Shown one piece after another: positions 17,647-26,568 of a stretch of 32,000 nucleotides of DNA. A model generated the notes under the pieces. That model ran no database searches. It saw only the letters and a list, made by a program, of their open reading frames with translations, and was not told the DNA's origin. Position 1 is the first letter of the stretch. Every line of letters starts with the position of its first letter. Origin of the DNA: Thermosulfurimonas dismutans (GTDB lineage: Bacteria; Desulfobacterota; Thermodesulfobacteria; Thermodesulfobacteriales; Thermodesulfobacteriaceae); NCBI RefSeq assembly GCF_001652585.1, contig NZ_LWLG01000001.1, forward strand, positions 210,001 to 242,000, given 5' to 3'. Position numbers and translations under genes: made by a program.

Positions 17647-19752
17647 TTGTGGAACCGCAGGGAGGGAACTCTCTTGCTTGAAAACTGGGACTCTCTCAAG
17701 CCCCAGTGTGAAAAATATCTGGAAAGTTTCCCAGTTGGAATTTATGTCGTGGAAGTCTCCGTCGAGTCCGAAAGTATACGCTTCGAAAAAATCAAGTTTC
17801 TGAATGCTGAAGTAGAACGCCTTACAGGCTGGTCCCGAAAGGAAATTGAGGCCGAACCCTACTGGTGGTTCAACAATCTTCATCCCGAAGATCGCCCCAA
17901 AATCCTAAAGCTCGAGCAAAAATTATTGGAAAGCAACGAACGAGGTAGTCACCTCTACCGTTTCCGAAAAAAGAGCGGCGATTACCTTTGGATCAAAGAT
18001 TACTTCTCGGTAATATCCAGAGACGATTCCCGATTCCTTCTAGCAGGCCTTTGGCTTGATTTTAGCCGGGAAAAAGCCCTTGAAGAGGAGCTTCAAGAAA
18101 AAGAAGCCTTCTTTAGACTGTTCGTAACCAAGGCCCCGGTGGCCATTCTTCTTTATGATGAAAGGATTATCTACGCCAATCCTTATGTGGAAAAACTAAC
18201 CGGATACCCTCTGGAAGAGCTTCGGAAAAAGTACATCTGGGAGCTGGCTACTCCGTCACATCGGGAAGCGATAAAGGAAATCGTAGCCCGACGGCTAAGA
18301 GGCGAAAAGATCCCGAAATATTATCACGAGTTCGTGATCCTCACCAAAGACGGACAGGAAAAAGTAGGACGATTTTATGCCGAAACAGTCAAGTACAAAG
18401 GTCGTTATTTAGGCCTAGCAATAGGTTTTGACATCACCCCAGAAAAAACCTTGAAAAAGCGACTGGTCGAAGTAGCCTTCTTTGACCCCCTTACCGGCCT
18501 TCCCAACCGGGATCTCTTTATAGAAAAACTGAAAATTCTTCTAGCCAAGGCCAGACGTCGCAAAGAGGGCCTCATGGTGGCCATTCTGGATCTGGTCAAA
18601 TTCCGTGAAATCAACGCCACCTTCGGTTTTGAAAACGGAAATACTATTCTCAGGCAGGTGGGAGAGCGACTTAAGCGGACCTTAAGAGAAGGCGATGTCA
18701 AAAGTCGCTTCTTTGCCGACAAGTTCGGATTAGTTTTAACAGAGCTGAGGACCCCCTATGGTATCTGGGTGGTAATGGAAAAGTTGAAAAAGCTTTTCAA
18801 ACAGCCGTTCCGTGTCGGAGATCGGGATTTGTATCTCTCCGCTAACATCGGCGTAGCCCTCTTCCCACGGGATGGCACGAAGGCTGAAGAGCTCCTCCAG
18901 AAGGCTGAAATAGCCTTAAAGCGTGCCAAGGAGAGTGGCGAAAACTATTTTGCCTTTTACTCTCCTGAAATGGAAAAGGAACTCCTCGAGGACGCCTTTT
19001 TCCGGAACGCCTTGGTGGAAGGCCTCAGACGCCAAGAATTCTTCTTAGAATACCAACCTATTTTGAATCTTCGGACCAAAAGGGTGATAGGTGTGGAGGC
19101 CCTGATAAGATGGCGCCATCCCGAGCTTGGTCTCATTTCTCCGGCGAAATTTATTCCCGTAGCCGAGAAATCCGGTTTCATCTTTGAGCTGGAAGAATTC
19201 ATCCTCTCTCAAAGCCTTAAAGAAATGGCACTATTATCCAATCCGGATCTGTTTCTGGCCATAAACTTTTCAGGACGGCAGTTTCGAGACCCTAAACTTC
19301 CGGAAAAGATCGAAGCAGCCCTAAAGGGCTTCGACTTCCCTCCGGAAAAGTTCATTTTGGAGATTACCGAGACCGCCGCTATGGAGGATGCAGAAAGAAG
19401 TCGAAAAATCCTCTCCAATCTTCGGGAAATCGGAATAAAGATAGCCTTGGACGATTTTGGCATTGGCTATTCCTCTATGGAGTATCTCATTGAATTTGAA
19501 GTGGACAAGATTAAAATTGATCGTAGTTTCGTGACCGCCATGCTCAAGAGTGAAAAGGCCTTGAAGGTAATAAACACCGTGATAGAGCTTAGTCACGGAA
19601 TAGGAGTTTCCTGTCTAGCCGAAGGCATCGAGAACAAAGAACAGCTTGAAAAGCTGATCTGTCTGGGTTGTGATGAGGGCCAGGGATTCTATTTTGCCCC
19701 TCCCATGGGCCTAGAGGCGCTAACGGAGTTTCTTTCGAGATGCGGGCAGTAG
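17647..19752 (+). CDS. PAS-PAS-GGDEF(degenerate)-EAL signalling protein, a likely c-di-GMP phosphodiesterase
   Basis: This is a 701-aa ORF with two PAS-like regions. The GGDEF domain has FADKF in place of GGDEF ([12 protein letters not shown]). The EAL motifs are intact: [33 protein letters not shown] and QGFYF. There is no in-frame ATG near the 5' end. The TTG at 17674, 8 nt after GGAGGG (17661-17666), is a better start than the TTG at 17647. Confidence 0.9.
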   Translation: MWNRREGTLLLENWDSLKPQCEKYLESFPVGIYVVEVSVESESIRFEKIKFLNAEVERLTGWSRKEIEAEPYWWFNNLHPEDRPKILKLEQKLLESNERGSHLYRFRKKSGDYLWIKDYFSVISRDDSRFLLAGLWLDFSREKALEEELQEKEAFFRLFVTKAPVAILLYDERIIYANPYVEKLTGYPLEELRKKYIWELATPSHREAIKEIVARRLRGEKIPKYYHEFVILTKDGQEKVGRFYAETVKYKGRYLGLAIGFDITPEKTLKKRLVEVAFFDPLTGLPNRDLFIEKLKILLAKARRRKEGLMVAILDLVKFREINATFGFENGNTILRQVGERLKRTLREGDVKSRFFADKFGLVLTELRTPYGIWVVMEKLKKLFKQPFRVGDRDLYLSANIGVALFPRDGTKAEELLQKAEIALKRAKESGENYFAFYSPEMEKELLEDAFFRNALVEGLRRQEFFLEYQPILNLRTKRVIGVEALIRWRHPELGLISPAKFIPVAEKSGFIFELEEFILSQSLKEMALLSNPDLFLAINFSGRQFRDPKLPEKIEAALKGFDFPPEKFILEITETAAMEDAERSRKILSNLREIGIKIALDDFGIGYSSMEYLIEFEVDKIKIDRSFVTAMLKSEKALKVINTVIELSHGIGVSCLAEGIENKEQLEKLICLGCDEGQGFYFAPPMGLEALTEFLSRCGQ

Positions 19753-20189
19753 TTCAACGCGTTAAAGAAGCTAAGGTAAAGGTTGAGGGCGAGGAAATCG
19801 CCCGGATCGGGCCGGGATTGCTTGTCCTTTTAGGAGTGGAAAAGGGAGATGAAGAGAAGGATCTCGTATGGCTCTCCGACAAGGTCGCCGGCTTAAGGAT
19901 TTTTGAGGATACCTCTGGCAAGATGAACCTGAGTGTGGGAGATGTCTCCGGAGAGGTCCTAGTGGTTTCTAACTTCACCCTCTGCGGAGACTGCCGTAAA
20001 GGGAAACGGCCTTCCTTTGATCCTGCAGAAAAGCCCGAGCAGGCCCGAGGGCTTTGCGAGAGGTTTGTGTCCCGGCTCCAAGAAAAGGGTCTTAAGGTCC
20101 AGACCGGACGTTTCGGGGCTTACATGGAGGTCCATCTCGTAAACGATGGCCCGGTAACCCTTATCCTGGATTCAAGGAAAAGGATTTAG
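19740..20189 (+). CDS. dtd: D-aminoacyl-tRNA deacylase
   Basis: This 149-aa ORF shows MRAVVQRV...[10 protein letters not shown]...SNFTLCGD...GKRPSF and NDGPVT. Its ATG overlaps the previous gene by 13 nt. Confidence 0.93.
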   Translation: MRAVVQRVKEAKVKVEGEEIARIGPGLLVLLGVEKGDEEKDLVWLSDKVAGLRIFEDTSGKMNLSVGDVSGEVLVVSNFTLCGDCRKGKRPSFDPAEKPEQARGLCERFVSRLQEKGLKVQTGRFGAYMEVHLVNDGPVTLILDSRKRI

Positions 20190-20195
20190 TCCTTT

Positions 20196-20999
20196 ATGTC
20201 TTATCTACGGGTAAAGATCCGTACGGATGATCCGGAAAGGCTTCTTGCAATCCTGGAAAAGCAGGCTTTAAGTCCTTTAAAGGCCTTCCATCTTCCCGAG
20301 GAGAATCTCTTCTATCTCACCTATCCCGCCGAAGATCCTCACAGGCTGTTACGGAAACTCTTGAAAGCTCTTCCCCAGGCCGAGTTTGAAGAAACCGAAC
20401 TCACGGAGGAGGCCGAAGTTAAGCCCCGACGTTTCCAGTTAGGATCACTGGTCTTTTTCTCACCGCTCGAACCTGAACCCAGCCCACAGGGAGAGATCTA
20501 TCTCCGCTCAAGCCTTTCGTTTGGTAGCGGAAGGCACCCTACTACCAAGCTCTGTCTCAAGCTTATGCTGGAGAAGTTTGAAGAGGATAGGGCCGCGAGG
20601 GTTTTTGATCTCGGTTGTGGTAGTGGGATTCTCTCCCTTGCGGCGGCAAGGCTAGGGGCCCAAAAGGTGCTGGCGGCGGATATTGATCCCAGGGCCTGCC
20701 GTGAGGCTAAACATAATGTAGAAATGAACGCCTTTTCGGACCGGATACTTGTGGTTCAGGGAAGCCTTCCGGCCGCCCGGCCTGGAACCTTTGATCTGGT
20801 GCTGGCCAATCTTACCATCGGAACCATTACGGCCCTAGCGCCGGGGATCAAAGAGGTGCTTGCCCCCGGGGGCTTGGCCATCCTTTCGGGGTTTTCGGTG
20901 GCCCAGAAAGGCGAGGTGCTCGCCAGAACACCCTCGGCCTCCGTCGTCGCCGAGGCCCAGGAGGAAGGCTGGCTGGCCCTAGCCCTGCGCTTCCTCTAG
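20196..20999 (+). CDS. prmA: Ribosomal protein L11 methyltransferase
   Basis: This 267-aa ORF shows SFGSGRHPTTKLCL and the SAM motif VFDLGCGSGILSLAAARLGA...ADIDP. Confidence 0.9.
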   Translation: MSYLRVKIRTDDPERLLAILEKQALSPLKAFHLPEENLFYLTYPAEDPHRLLRKLLKALPQAEFEETELTEEAEVKPRRFQLGSLVFFSPLEPEPSPQGEIYLRSSLSFGSGRHPTTKLCLKLMLEKFEEDRAARVFDLGCGSGILSLAAARLGAQKVLAADIDPRACREAKHNVEMNAFSDRILVVQGSLPAARPGTFDLVLANLTIGTITALAPGIKEVLAPGGLAILSGFSVAQKGEVLARTPSASVVAEAQEEGWLALALRFL

Positions 21000-22277
21000 C
21001 TCCGATCTCTTCCGCCAGAACACCGTTAAGGTAAAAAGGACCTTGAGGTGCGTTAAGAGCGCCAGAACCGGGAACAGAAGCTCGGGTCTTCCCGAAAGGC
21101 AGAAGAGGAAGATCAAAAAGATTCTCTCGTCCCGTTTCCCCGGAAAGTAGTGAAGAACAGGAAAGATCCCGTAGGCGTCCTTCCCGTAAGCCCCCTTAAA
21201 TCTTTCGGTGGTGTAACTTACCATCACTGTACCAAGCAGGGCCAACAACCCGGCCGCAAGCAGTAAACCTCCGGGCTTAAGCTTTAACAGCAAAAACGAA
21301 AGGAAAATGAAGTCCACATAACGATCCAGCACCGAGTCCAGCAGCCCTCCAAAACGGCTCTTCATGAGAGCCGCTCGGGCAATCTCACCGTCCACCCCGT
21401 CGAGCACGGAATGAATCTGGTAGAGAAGTCCCCCGAAAGCAGTATGAAAGTAAGCCAGAGCTGCCGAAAGGAGTCCCAACAAAAAGCTCAGGATAGTGGC
21501 CTGATTGGGGGTGATCCTCCCGCAGAGATAGGGTGAGATGCGGGTTGAAAGCCTGCGATTGAGAGTCCTAGAAATGAGGCCGTCCCCGGCCCCTTTAACG
21601 CTAGCCCTGATAAGGAGCTTTCTGGCCTGCTTGAGATCCTCCGGGGTGTCCACATCCGTCCAGAATAACCCGGAGACCTCGGTTACCGGTATCCGGGCCG
21701 CCTGGACTATCTCCGAGAGGGAAATTTCCTGCCGGATTTCGACCAGCCTTTCGGCGGCCTTGAAGATCTCGGGGGCAAGCACAAAAAAACCGGTATCAAA
21801 GCCGTCATAGGGCTCAAGGCCTTTACCAATCTCGACGACCCGGCCCTCCGAAACCTTCACCCGGGTAGCCTCTACCGGGTCTACATAAAAGCCCTGGCGG
21901 TCTAAGATGAGCCCCTGGCCCCGTACGGCCCTCTTAACGAAGGCCTCCTCGAAGAGGTGATCCGACATGGTGAGAACGAAGGGCCCCGAGACCGCTAGCC
22001 TGGCACACCAAAGAGAATAGCCGTTTCCTCTTTCCGGATGGGAATTTTCTACCAGGATTACCCGGTATTCGGGATACCGAGCCAGAAACTCCTCGAAATA
22101 TTTGCGATTCCGGGGGTTTACCACCAACACGAATTTCTCTACGCCTTCCCGGGAAAGAAGGATGAGGTGCCTTAAAAGTAGCTCCCTTCCAGCCACCTTC
22201 AGAAGGCCCTTAGGATAGGCCTTTTCCTCGAGCCCCAGCCGGGTCCCCAGACCGGCTGCAAGGATCACCGCCTGCAC
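20979..22277 (-). CDS. Bifunctional nucleotidyltransferase / CDP-alcohol phosphatidyltransferase, IPCT/DIPPS-like (di-myo-inositol-phosphate pathway type)
   Basis: The N-terminal NTP-transferase domain shows AVILAAGLGTRLG and GNGYSL. The linker reads KGAGDGLISRTLNRRLSTRIS. The membrane domain carries the CDP-OH motif DGVDGEIARAALMKSRFGGLLDSVLDRYVD (DGx2ARx8Gx3Dx3D). The likely start is the GTG at 22277 behind GGGAGGGAGGGG; the 486-aa track ORF extends upstream across the neighbouring gene start. Confidence 0.7.
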   Translation of the reverse strand: MQAVILAAGLGTRLGLEEKAYPKGLLKVAGRELLLRHLILLSREGVEKFVLVVNPRNRKYFEEFLARYPEYRVILVENSHPERGNGYSLWCARLAVSGPFVLTMSDHLFEEAFVKRAVRGQGLILDRQGFYVDPVEATRVKVSEGRVVEIGKGLEPYDGFDTGFFVLAPEIFKAAERLVEIRQEISLSEIVQAARIPVTEVSGLFWTDVDTPEDLKQARKLLIRASVKGAGDGLISRTLNRRLSTRISPYLCGRITPNQATILSFLLGLLSAALAYFHTAFGGLLYQIHSVLDGVDGEIARAALMKSRFGGLLDSVLDRYVDFIFLSFLLLKLKPGGLLLAAGLLALLGTVMVSYTTERFKGAYGKDAYGIFPVLHYFPGKRDERIFLIFLFCLSGRPELLFPVLALLTHLKVLFTLTVFWRKRSELEEAQG

Positions 22278-22313
22278 CTTCCCCTCCCTCCCTTTAGCGT
22301 TTTTAATAAAGAC

Positions 22314-23129
22314 ATGGGTACGAAAACCGTCTCTTTCAACCCCTGGATAGAAGGCGATCTCAACTTTTTCCAATTCAGCGGTCTCACCCCAGAGGTTATA
22401 GCAGCCTTGCGAGAAGCCGAAATCGTTATCTTTCCACAAACTGTCCCTCCGGAACTATACTTTTTTGCTCGCCAGCTGGGCAAACGTGTCTTCCCGCACT
22501 ACGACCTGCGGTTCGCCTTTCCTGGGAAAATCGGCCAAATCATGCTTTTCGAAGCCCTTTCGCTCCCTCATCCGCGAACCATATGCGTGCCGAGGATCTG
22601 CGCCTTCGGGCCACACCCCGGAGCCACAGAGATCCCCTTTCCCCCTTATCCCTTTGTGGTCAAGGGCAACCACGGCCACGAAGGCCGAGAGGTCTTCCTG
22701 GTGGAAAGCTCGAAGGACTGGGAGGAAATCCTTAGGATCCTTCGTACTTTCGAGGCCTCTGGGCGCTACGGGTTCCTAATCCAAGAATACCTCCCCTGGG
22801 ATTACGACCTTCGGGTGGTGGTCATCGGAAAGAGGCATCTGCCGTTCTGGCGAAAAGGACGCTTTCTCAAGAACCTGGTTCAGGAAGGTGAGGTTGCGGA
22901 ATGCCCAGACCGGGAGCTGGAGGAGCGGGCCCTCAAGGTAGTAAGGGCACTCTGCCAGAAGACGGGCTTCAATCTCATGGCGGTAGATTTCCTCTTTAGG
23001 CCGGAGACCGGAGAAGCCCTTTTAAACGAAATAAACTTCGTCTTTGGTCTGAGGCTCCTCGGGGGCGAAGAAAGGTTTCGGACCTATCTGCGGACGGCGG
23101 TGGATGAGTTTCTCTCGACGAACTCGTAG
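22314..23129 (+). CDS. ATP-grasp ligase (RimK/glutathione-synthetase-like fold), substrate unknown
   Basis: This 271-aa ORF has PFVVKGNHGHEGREVFLV (the ATP-grasp Lys region), FLIQEYLPWDYDLRVVVIG and AVDFLF...LNEINF. No SD precedes the ATG. A TAATAA element sits 6 nt upstream. Confidence 0.72.
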   Translation: MGTKTVSFNPWIEGDLNFFQFSGLTPEVIAALREAEIVIFPQTVPPELYFFARQLGKRVFPHYDLRFAFPGKIGQIMLFEALSLPHPRTICVPRICAFGPHPGATEIPFPPYPFVVKGNHGHEGREVFLVESSKDWEEILRILRTFEASGRYGFLIQEYLPWDYDLRVVVIGKRHLPFWRKGRFLKNLVQEGEVAECPDRELEERALKVVRALCQKTGFNLMAVDFLFRPETGEALLNEINFVFGLRLLGGEERFRTYLRTAVDEFLSTNS

Positions 23130-23653
23130 CCCCGTCGGAAAACCTTCCGGTTGGGCTCAAAGAGGTGTTTCCTTTCCGGGGGAAGGAGGCCTTTAAGTCC
23201 TGAGAGCACCTTTTCGGGAGGCACAACTCCGGAGGCCGCCACCAGGGCCCCTAGGGCGGCCATGTTCCCTAGGCCAGGGTGTCCCTCCTCCTCTGCCAGA
23301 TCGTCGGCCGGCACGAAGAGAAAACGCCGGCCAGGAAACTCCACGGCGCACTCCTCCGGGATCAAGCTCCGGTTTACCACTGCCAGGCCCCCACGGACGA
23401 GACACGGAACGAACTTCTCGAAGGAGGGACGGTTCATGATGAGAAGGGCCTTCGGGCGGGTAACCACCGGGGAGGCGATCTCCCGGTCCGATAGGACCAC
23501 CGTGCAGTTGCAGGTTCCGCCCCGCATCTCCGGTCCGTAGACCGGAAGGAAGGTCACCTGGAGCCCGGCCTCCATACCGGCCTGCGCCAGGAGATTCCCG
23601 GCAAAAAGAATCCCCTGACCTCCAAAACCGGCCAGAATAACCTCAAATTTCAT
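23084..23653 (-). CDS. 2-oxoacid:ferredoxin oxidoreductase, gamma subunit
   Basis: This 189-aa ORF begins MKFEVILAGFGGQGILFAGNLLAQAG, typical of POR/KOR gamma subunits. It overlaps the beta subunit gene by 11 nt. Confidence 0.9.
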   Translation of the reverse strand: MKFEVILAGFGGQGILFAGNLLAQAGMEAGLQVTFLPVYGPEMRGGTCNCTVVLSDREIASPVVTRPKALLIMNRPSFEKFVPCLVRGGLAVVNRSLIPEECAVEFPGRRFLFVPADDLAEEEGHPGLGNMAALGALVAASGVVPPEKVLSGLKGLLPPERKHLFEPNRKVFRRGYEFVERNSSTAVRR

Positions 23654-24395
23654 CCTTGAACACCTTAATAGGAAAGGTCTCGGCGAGTTCGTCCACCTTT
23701 TCCGCGGCCTTGATCGGATCCAATCTCCAGTTCACCGGACAGGCCGAAAGGAATTCTACATAACCGAAGCCGCGGTCCTCGATTTGGGCCAGAAAGGCCT
23801 TTCGCAGGGCCTCACGGGCCTCAAGGACCCTCTTTGGCTTGTTCACCGCTACCCGAGCGCAGAAGGCCACTCCCGGAAACTCGGCGAGCATCTCCGCCAC
23901 CTTCATGGGGTACCCATAGACCCGCGGATCCCGACCCTCCGGGGTGGTAGTAGTCCTTTGGCCGGGCAAGGTAGTGGGGGAGAGCTGACCTCCGGTCATA
24001 CCGTAGACGGTATTGTTTATCATGATGGCGGTTATGCGTTCTCCACGGGCCGCGGCGTGCAGGCTCTCCGTAAGACCAATGGCGGCAAAGTCCCCGTCCC
24101 CCTGATAGGTGAAGACCACCAGTTCCGGCCGGGCCCGTTTGGCCCCGGTAGCCGCGGCACAGGCCCGTCCGTGCGGGGCCTCGCAGATGTCCACATCGAA
24201 GTAGTAATAGAGAAAACAGGAACACCCGATGGAGGCCACCCCGTAGGCCCGATCTCTCACACCTAGTTCCTCGATGACCTCCGCCAATAGTCGATGAGCG
24301 ATCCCGTGGTGGCACCCGGGACAATAGTGGAAGGGTCTGTCACGGAGCACCCGAGGAAAACGATAATCCTTTACCTTCTGGGACTTCTCAGACAC
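23643..24395 (-). CDS. 2-oxoacid:ferredoxin oxidoreductase, beta (TPP-binding) subunit
   Basis: This 250-aa ORF has the Cys motif YCPGCHHGI, the TPP motif GDGDFAAIG...NNTVYGMTGGQ and a GTG start. The short beta subunit is more Kor/Vor-like than Por-like; that is inference. Confidence 0.9.
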   Translation of the reverse strand: MSEKSQKVKDYRFPRVLRDRPFHYCPGCHHGIAHRLLAEVIEELGVRDRAYGVASIGCSCFLYYYFDVDICEAPHGRACAAATGAKRARPELVVFTYQGDGDFAAIGLTESLHAAARGERITAIMINNTVYGMTGGQLSPTTLPGQRTTTTPEGRDPRVYGYPMKVAEMLAEFPGVAFCARVAVNKPKRVLEAREALRKAFLAQIEDRGFGYVEFLSACPVNWRLDPIKAAEKVDELAETFPIKVFKDEI

Positions 24396-25426
24396 CTCTT
24401 GATCTCCCGATAGATGTCCTCCGGGGCCGGAAGATCGCTCGGCGGGAAGGGCAGGCTCCTCACTTCAGTGCTTCCGCAGATCGAAAGCCTAACATCCTCT
24501 ACCATCTGCCCGCAGTTGAGCTCTACTACCAAGAAACGTACCCCGGCCTCGGCCAATTTACGGAACTCTCGCTCGGGGAAGGGGAAAAGGGTAATAGGGC
24601 GCAGGAAGCCCACCGGATATCCCTTCTCCCGGGCCAGGTTCACAGCCTCCTTTACAATTCGCGCCAGTGAACCGAAGGCCGAAACCACCAGTTCCGCCCC
24701 CTCAAGGAGATAGCTTTCCACCCGGACCTCGCGCCGCATGGCCCGGTATTTCTTTTGTAAAAGCTCGTTACGGGACCGGAGTTCCCCCGGACCGAGGAAA
24801 AGACTCCGCAGGACTCGCCCCGGTCGGCCCTTGGCCCCGGTTAAGGCCCAGTCTTTGGGATACTTCCTAGGTTTGATCTTCCGGAGAATCAAGGGCTCCT
24901 TCATCTGACCAAGAAGAGCGTCTGTAAGGATCATGACTGGCTGCCGGTACTTCTCAGCCAGATCAAAGGCCCGAGCCGTAAGCTCATAGGCTTCCTGGAT
25001 ACTGGCGGGCGAGAGCACTAGAAAATGGTAGTCTCCGTGCCCGGCTCCTTTGGTGGCCTGGAAGTAGTCTCCCTGAGAAGCCTCGATACCCCCAAGTCCA
25101 GGACCACCTCGGGCCACATTCACGACCACCGCAGGAAGCTCCAGGGCTGCCATGTAGGAAAAGGCCTCGGCCATAAGAGAGATTCCAGGACTGGAGGAGG
25201 AGGTCATGGCCCGCACCCCGGTGGAAGCCGCCCCGAGCAACATATTAGCCGCGGCCAGCTCGCTTTCAGCCTGTAAAAAAACCCCGCCCCTCTTAGGAAG
25301 CTCCCGGGCCAGCAACTCTGGGATTTCGTTCTGGGGGGTGATGGGATAGCCAAAGTAACAGCGACAACCCGCGGCCAGGGCCCCGAGGGCAATGGCCTCC
25401 GAGCCCTTAACCAAAATGGGTTTCAC
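24371..25426 (-). CDS. 2-oxoacid:ferredoxin oxidoreductase, alpha subunit
   Basis: This 351-aa ORF shows KGSEAIALGALAAGCRCYFGYPITPQNEI and GGPGLGG. Its GTG start overlaps the delta subunit TAG as TAGTG. Confidence 0.9.
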   Translation of the reverse strand: MKPILVKGSEAIALGALAAGCRCYFGYPITPQNEIPELLARELPKRGGVFLQAESELAAANMLLGAASTGVRAMTSSSSPGISLMAEAFSYMAALELPAVVVNVARGGPGLGGIEASQGDYFQATKGAGHGDYHFLVLSPASIQEAYELTARAFDLAEKYRQPVMILTDALLGQMKEPLILRKIKPRKYPKDWALTGAKGRPGRVLRSLFLGPGELRSRNELLQKKYRAMRREVRVESYLLEGAELVVSAFGSLARIVKEAVNLAREKGYPVGFLRPITLFPFPEREFRKLAEAGVRFLVVELNCGQMVEDVRLSICGSTEVRSLPFPPSDLPAPEDIYREIKRCLRSPRR

Positions 25427-25635
25427 TATTTAACCTCCAGAACTACATCCGGACACATAAGATAGCATATACCGCAACCGGTACATTTTTCGTAGGCTAC
25501 CACCTCCACCACCCGATAACCCTGGACATTGCGATTGCGACCCACGACGAGCGCCTCTTTAGGGCAGAAATGTGCACAAAGACCACACCCCTTACAACGG
25601 TCCGGAAAAGAAATCCGAACCTTGAGGCGTGCCAA
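25426..25635 (-). CDS. 2-oxoacid:ferredoxin oxidoreductase, delta subunit (2x[4Fe-4S] ferredoxin)
   Basis: This 69-aa ORF has two CxxCxxCxxxCP motifs (CKGCGLCAHFCP and CTGCGICYLMCP). The TTG start immediately follows the fabD TAA and has the SD AAGGAGG. Confidence 0.88.
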   Translation of the reverse strand: MARLKVRISFPDRCKGCGLCAHFCPKEALVVGRNRNVQGYRVVEVVAYEKCTGCGICYLMCPDVVLEVK

Positions 25636-26568
25636 TTACCCCCCCTCCTTTACCTTCGAAAGGACAACCTCTATTTCTTCCGGCTTTTCGGCCTGAAGGA
25701 TAAGCACCTCGGGATCGGAAAGGATCTTATTTATGAGTCCAGAGAGCACGCGTTTAGGCCCGGCTTCAATAAAGATTCTCACGCCATTATTATACATAAA
25801 TTCTACGCTTTCCACCCAGCGGACCGGAGAAAGGATTTGTTCGGCCATGAGTTTACGGATGACCTCTGGATCGCCCTCCGTCTTGGCCGAAACATTGAAG
25901 ACCACCGGTATGCGCGGCAAACCAAAATTGGCCTCCGCGAGGGCCTCGCGGAACTCCTCGGCGGCCCTGGTCATAAGCGGGGAATGAAAAGCCCCGGAGA
26001 CCTTGAGTTTCACCACCTTAGCCCCGGACTCCTTGGCCTTCTTGGCGGCCTCGTCCGTAGCCGACTGCTCCCCGCTTATCACGATCTGCTCCGGAGAATT
26101 GTGATTGGCCAGGAAAACTTGGCCGGAAATTCCGGAAAGAATCTCTTCTAGTCTCTCACGCGAAAGGCCGATTACGGCGTACATGGTCCCGGGAGCCGTT
26201 TCAGCGGCTTGAGCCATGACCTCTCCCCGCCGTTTGACCAGGCGAAAAGTGTCCTCCACAGAAAGACATCCTGCGGCGCAGAGGGCACTATACTCGCCGA
26301 GACTGTGCCCGGCCAGGAAGGCCGGTTTCACCCCAGCCTCCTCAAGCACCCTCCAGACCGCAAGATTAACAGCCGTTAAGGCCGGCTGCAGATTTTCCGT
26401 ACGGGTGAGCTCGCCAGCTGGACCCTCGAAACAGAGTTCCTTTATAGGTAGGGCACAGACCTCTTCGGCTAGTTCAAAAAGCTCTCTCACCGACGCATAT
26501 TTCTCGTAAAGGGCCTTGCCCATACCCACGTATTGCGACCCTTGCCCGGGGAAGACCACCGCCAGCAC
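25636..26568 (-). CDS. fabD: Malonyl-CoA:ACP transacylase
   Basis: This 310-aa ORF shows VFPGQGSQYVGMG, the active-site motif GHSLGEYSA and, further on, GAFHSPLM. It uses a GTG start. Confidence 0.93.
   Translation of the reverse strand: MLAVVFPGQGSQYVGMGKALYEKYASVRELFELAEEVCALPIKELCFEGPAGELTRTENLQPALTAVNLAVWRVLEEAGVKPAFLAGHSLGEYSALCAAGCLSVEDTFRLVKRRGEVMAQAAETAPGTMYAVIGLSRERLEEILSGISGQVFLANHNSPEQIVISGEQSATDEAAKKAKESGAKVVKLKVSGAFHSPLMTRAAEEFREALAEANFGLPRIPVVFNVSAKTEGDPEVIRKLMAEQILSPVRWVESVEFMYNNGVRIFIEAGPKRVLSGLINKILSDPEVLILQAEKPEEIEVVLSKVKEGG

Noticed and set aside
22278-22439. The N-terminal 54-aa extension of the 486-aa track ORF (IPCT/DIPPS-like gene).
   Set aside because: The extension overlaps the divergent ATP-grasp gene start. 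It precedes the conserved AVILAAGLGTRLG N-terminus by far more than homologs need. A GTG at 22277 with a strong GGGAGGGAGGGG SD gives the expected ~430-aa protein.
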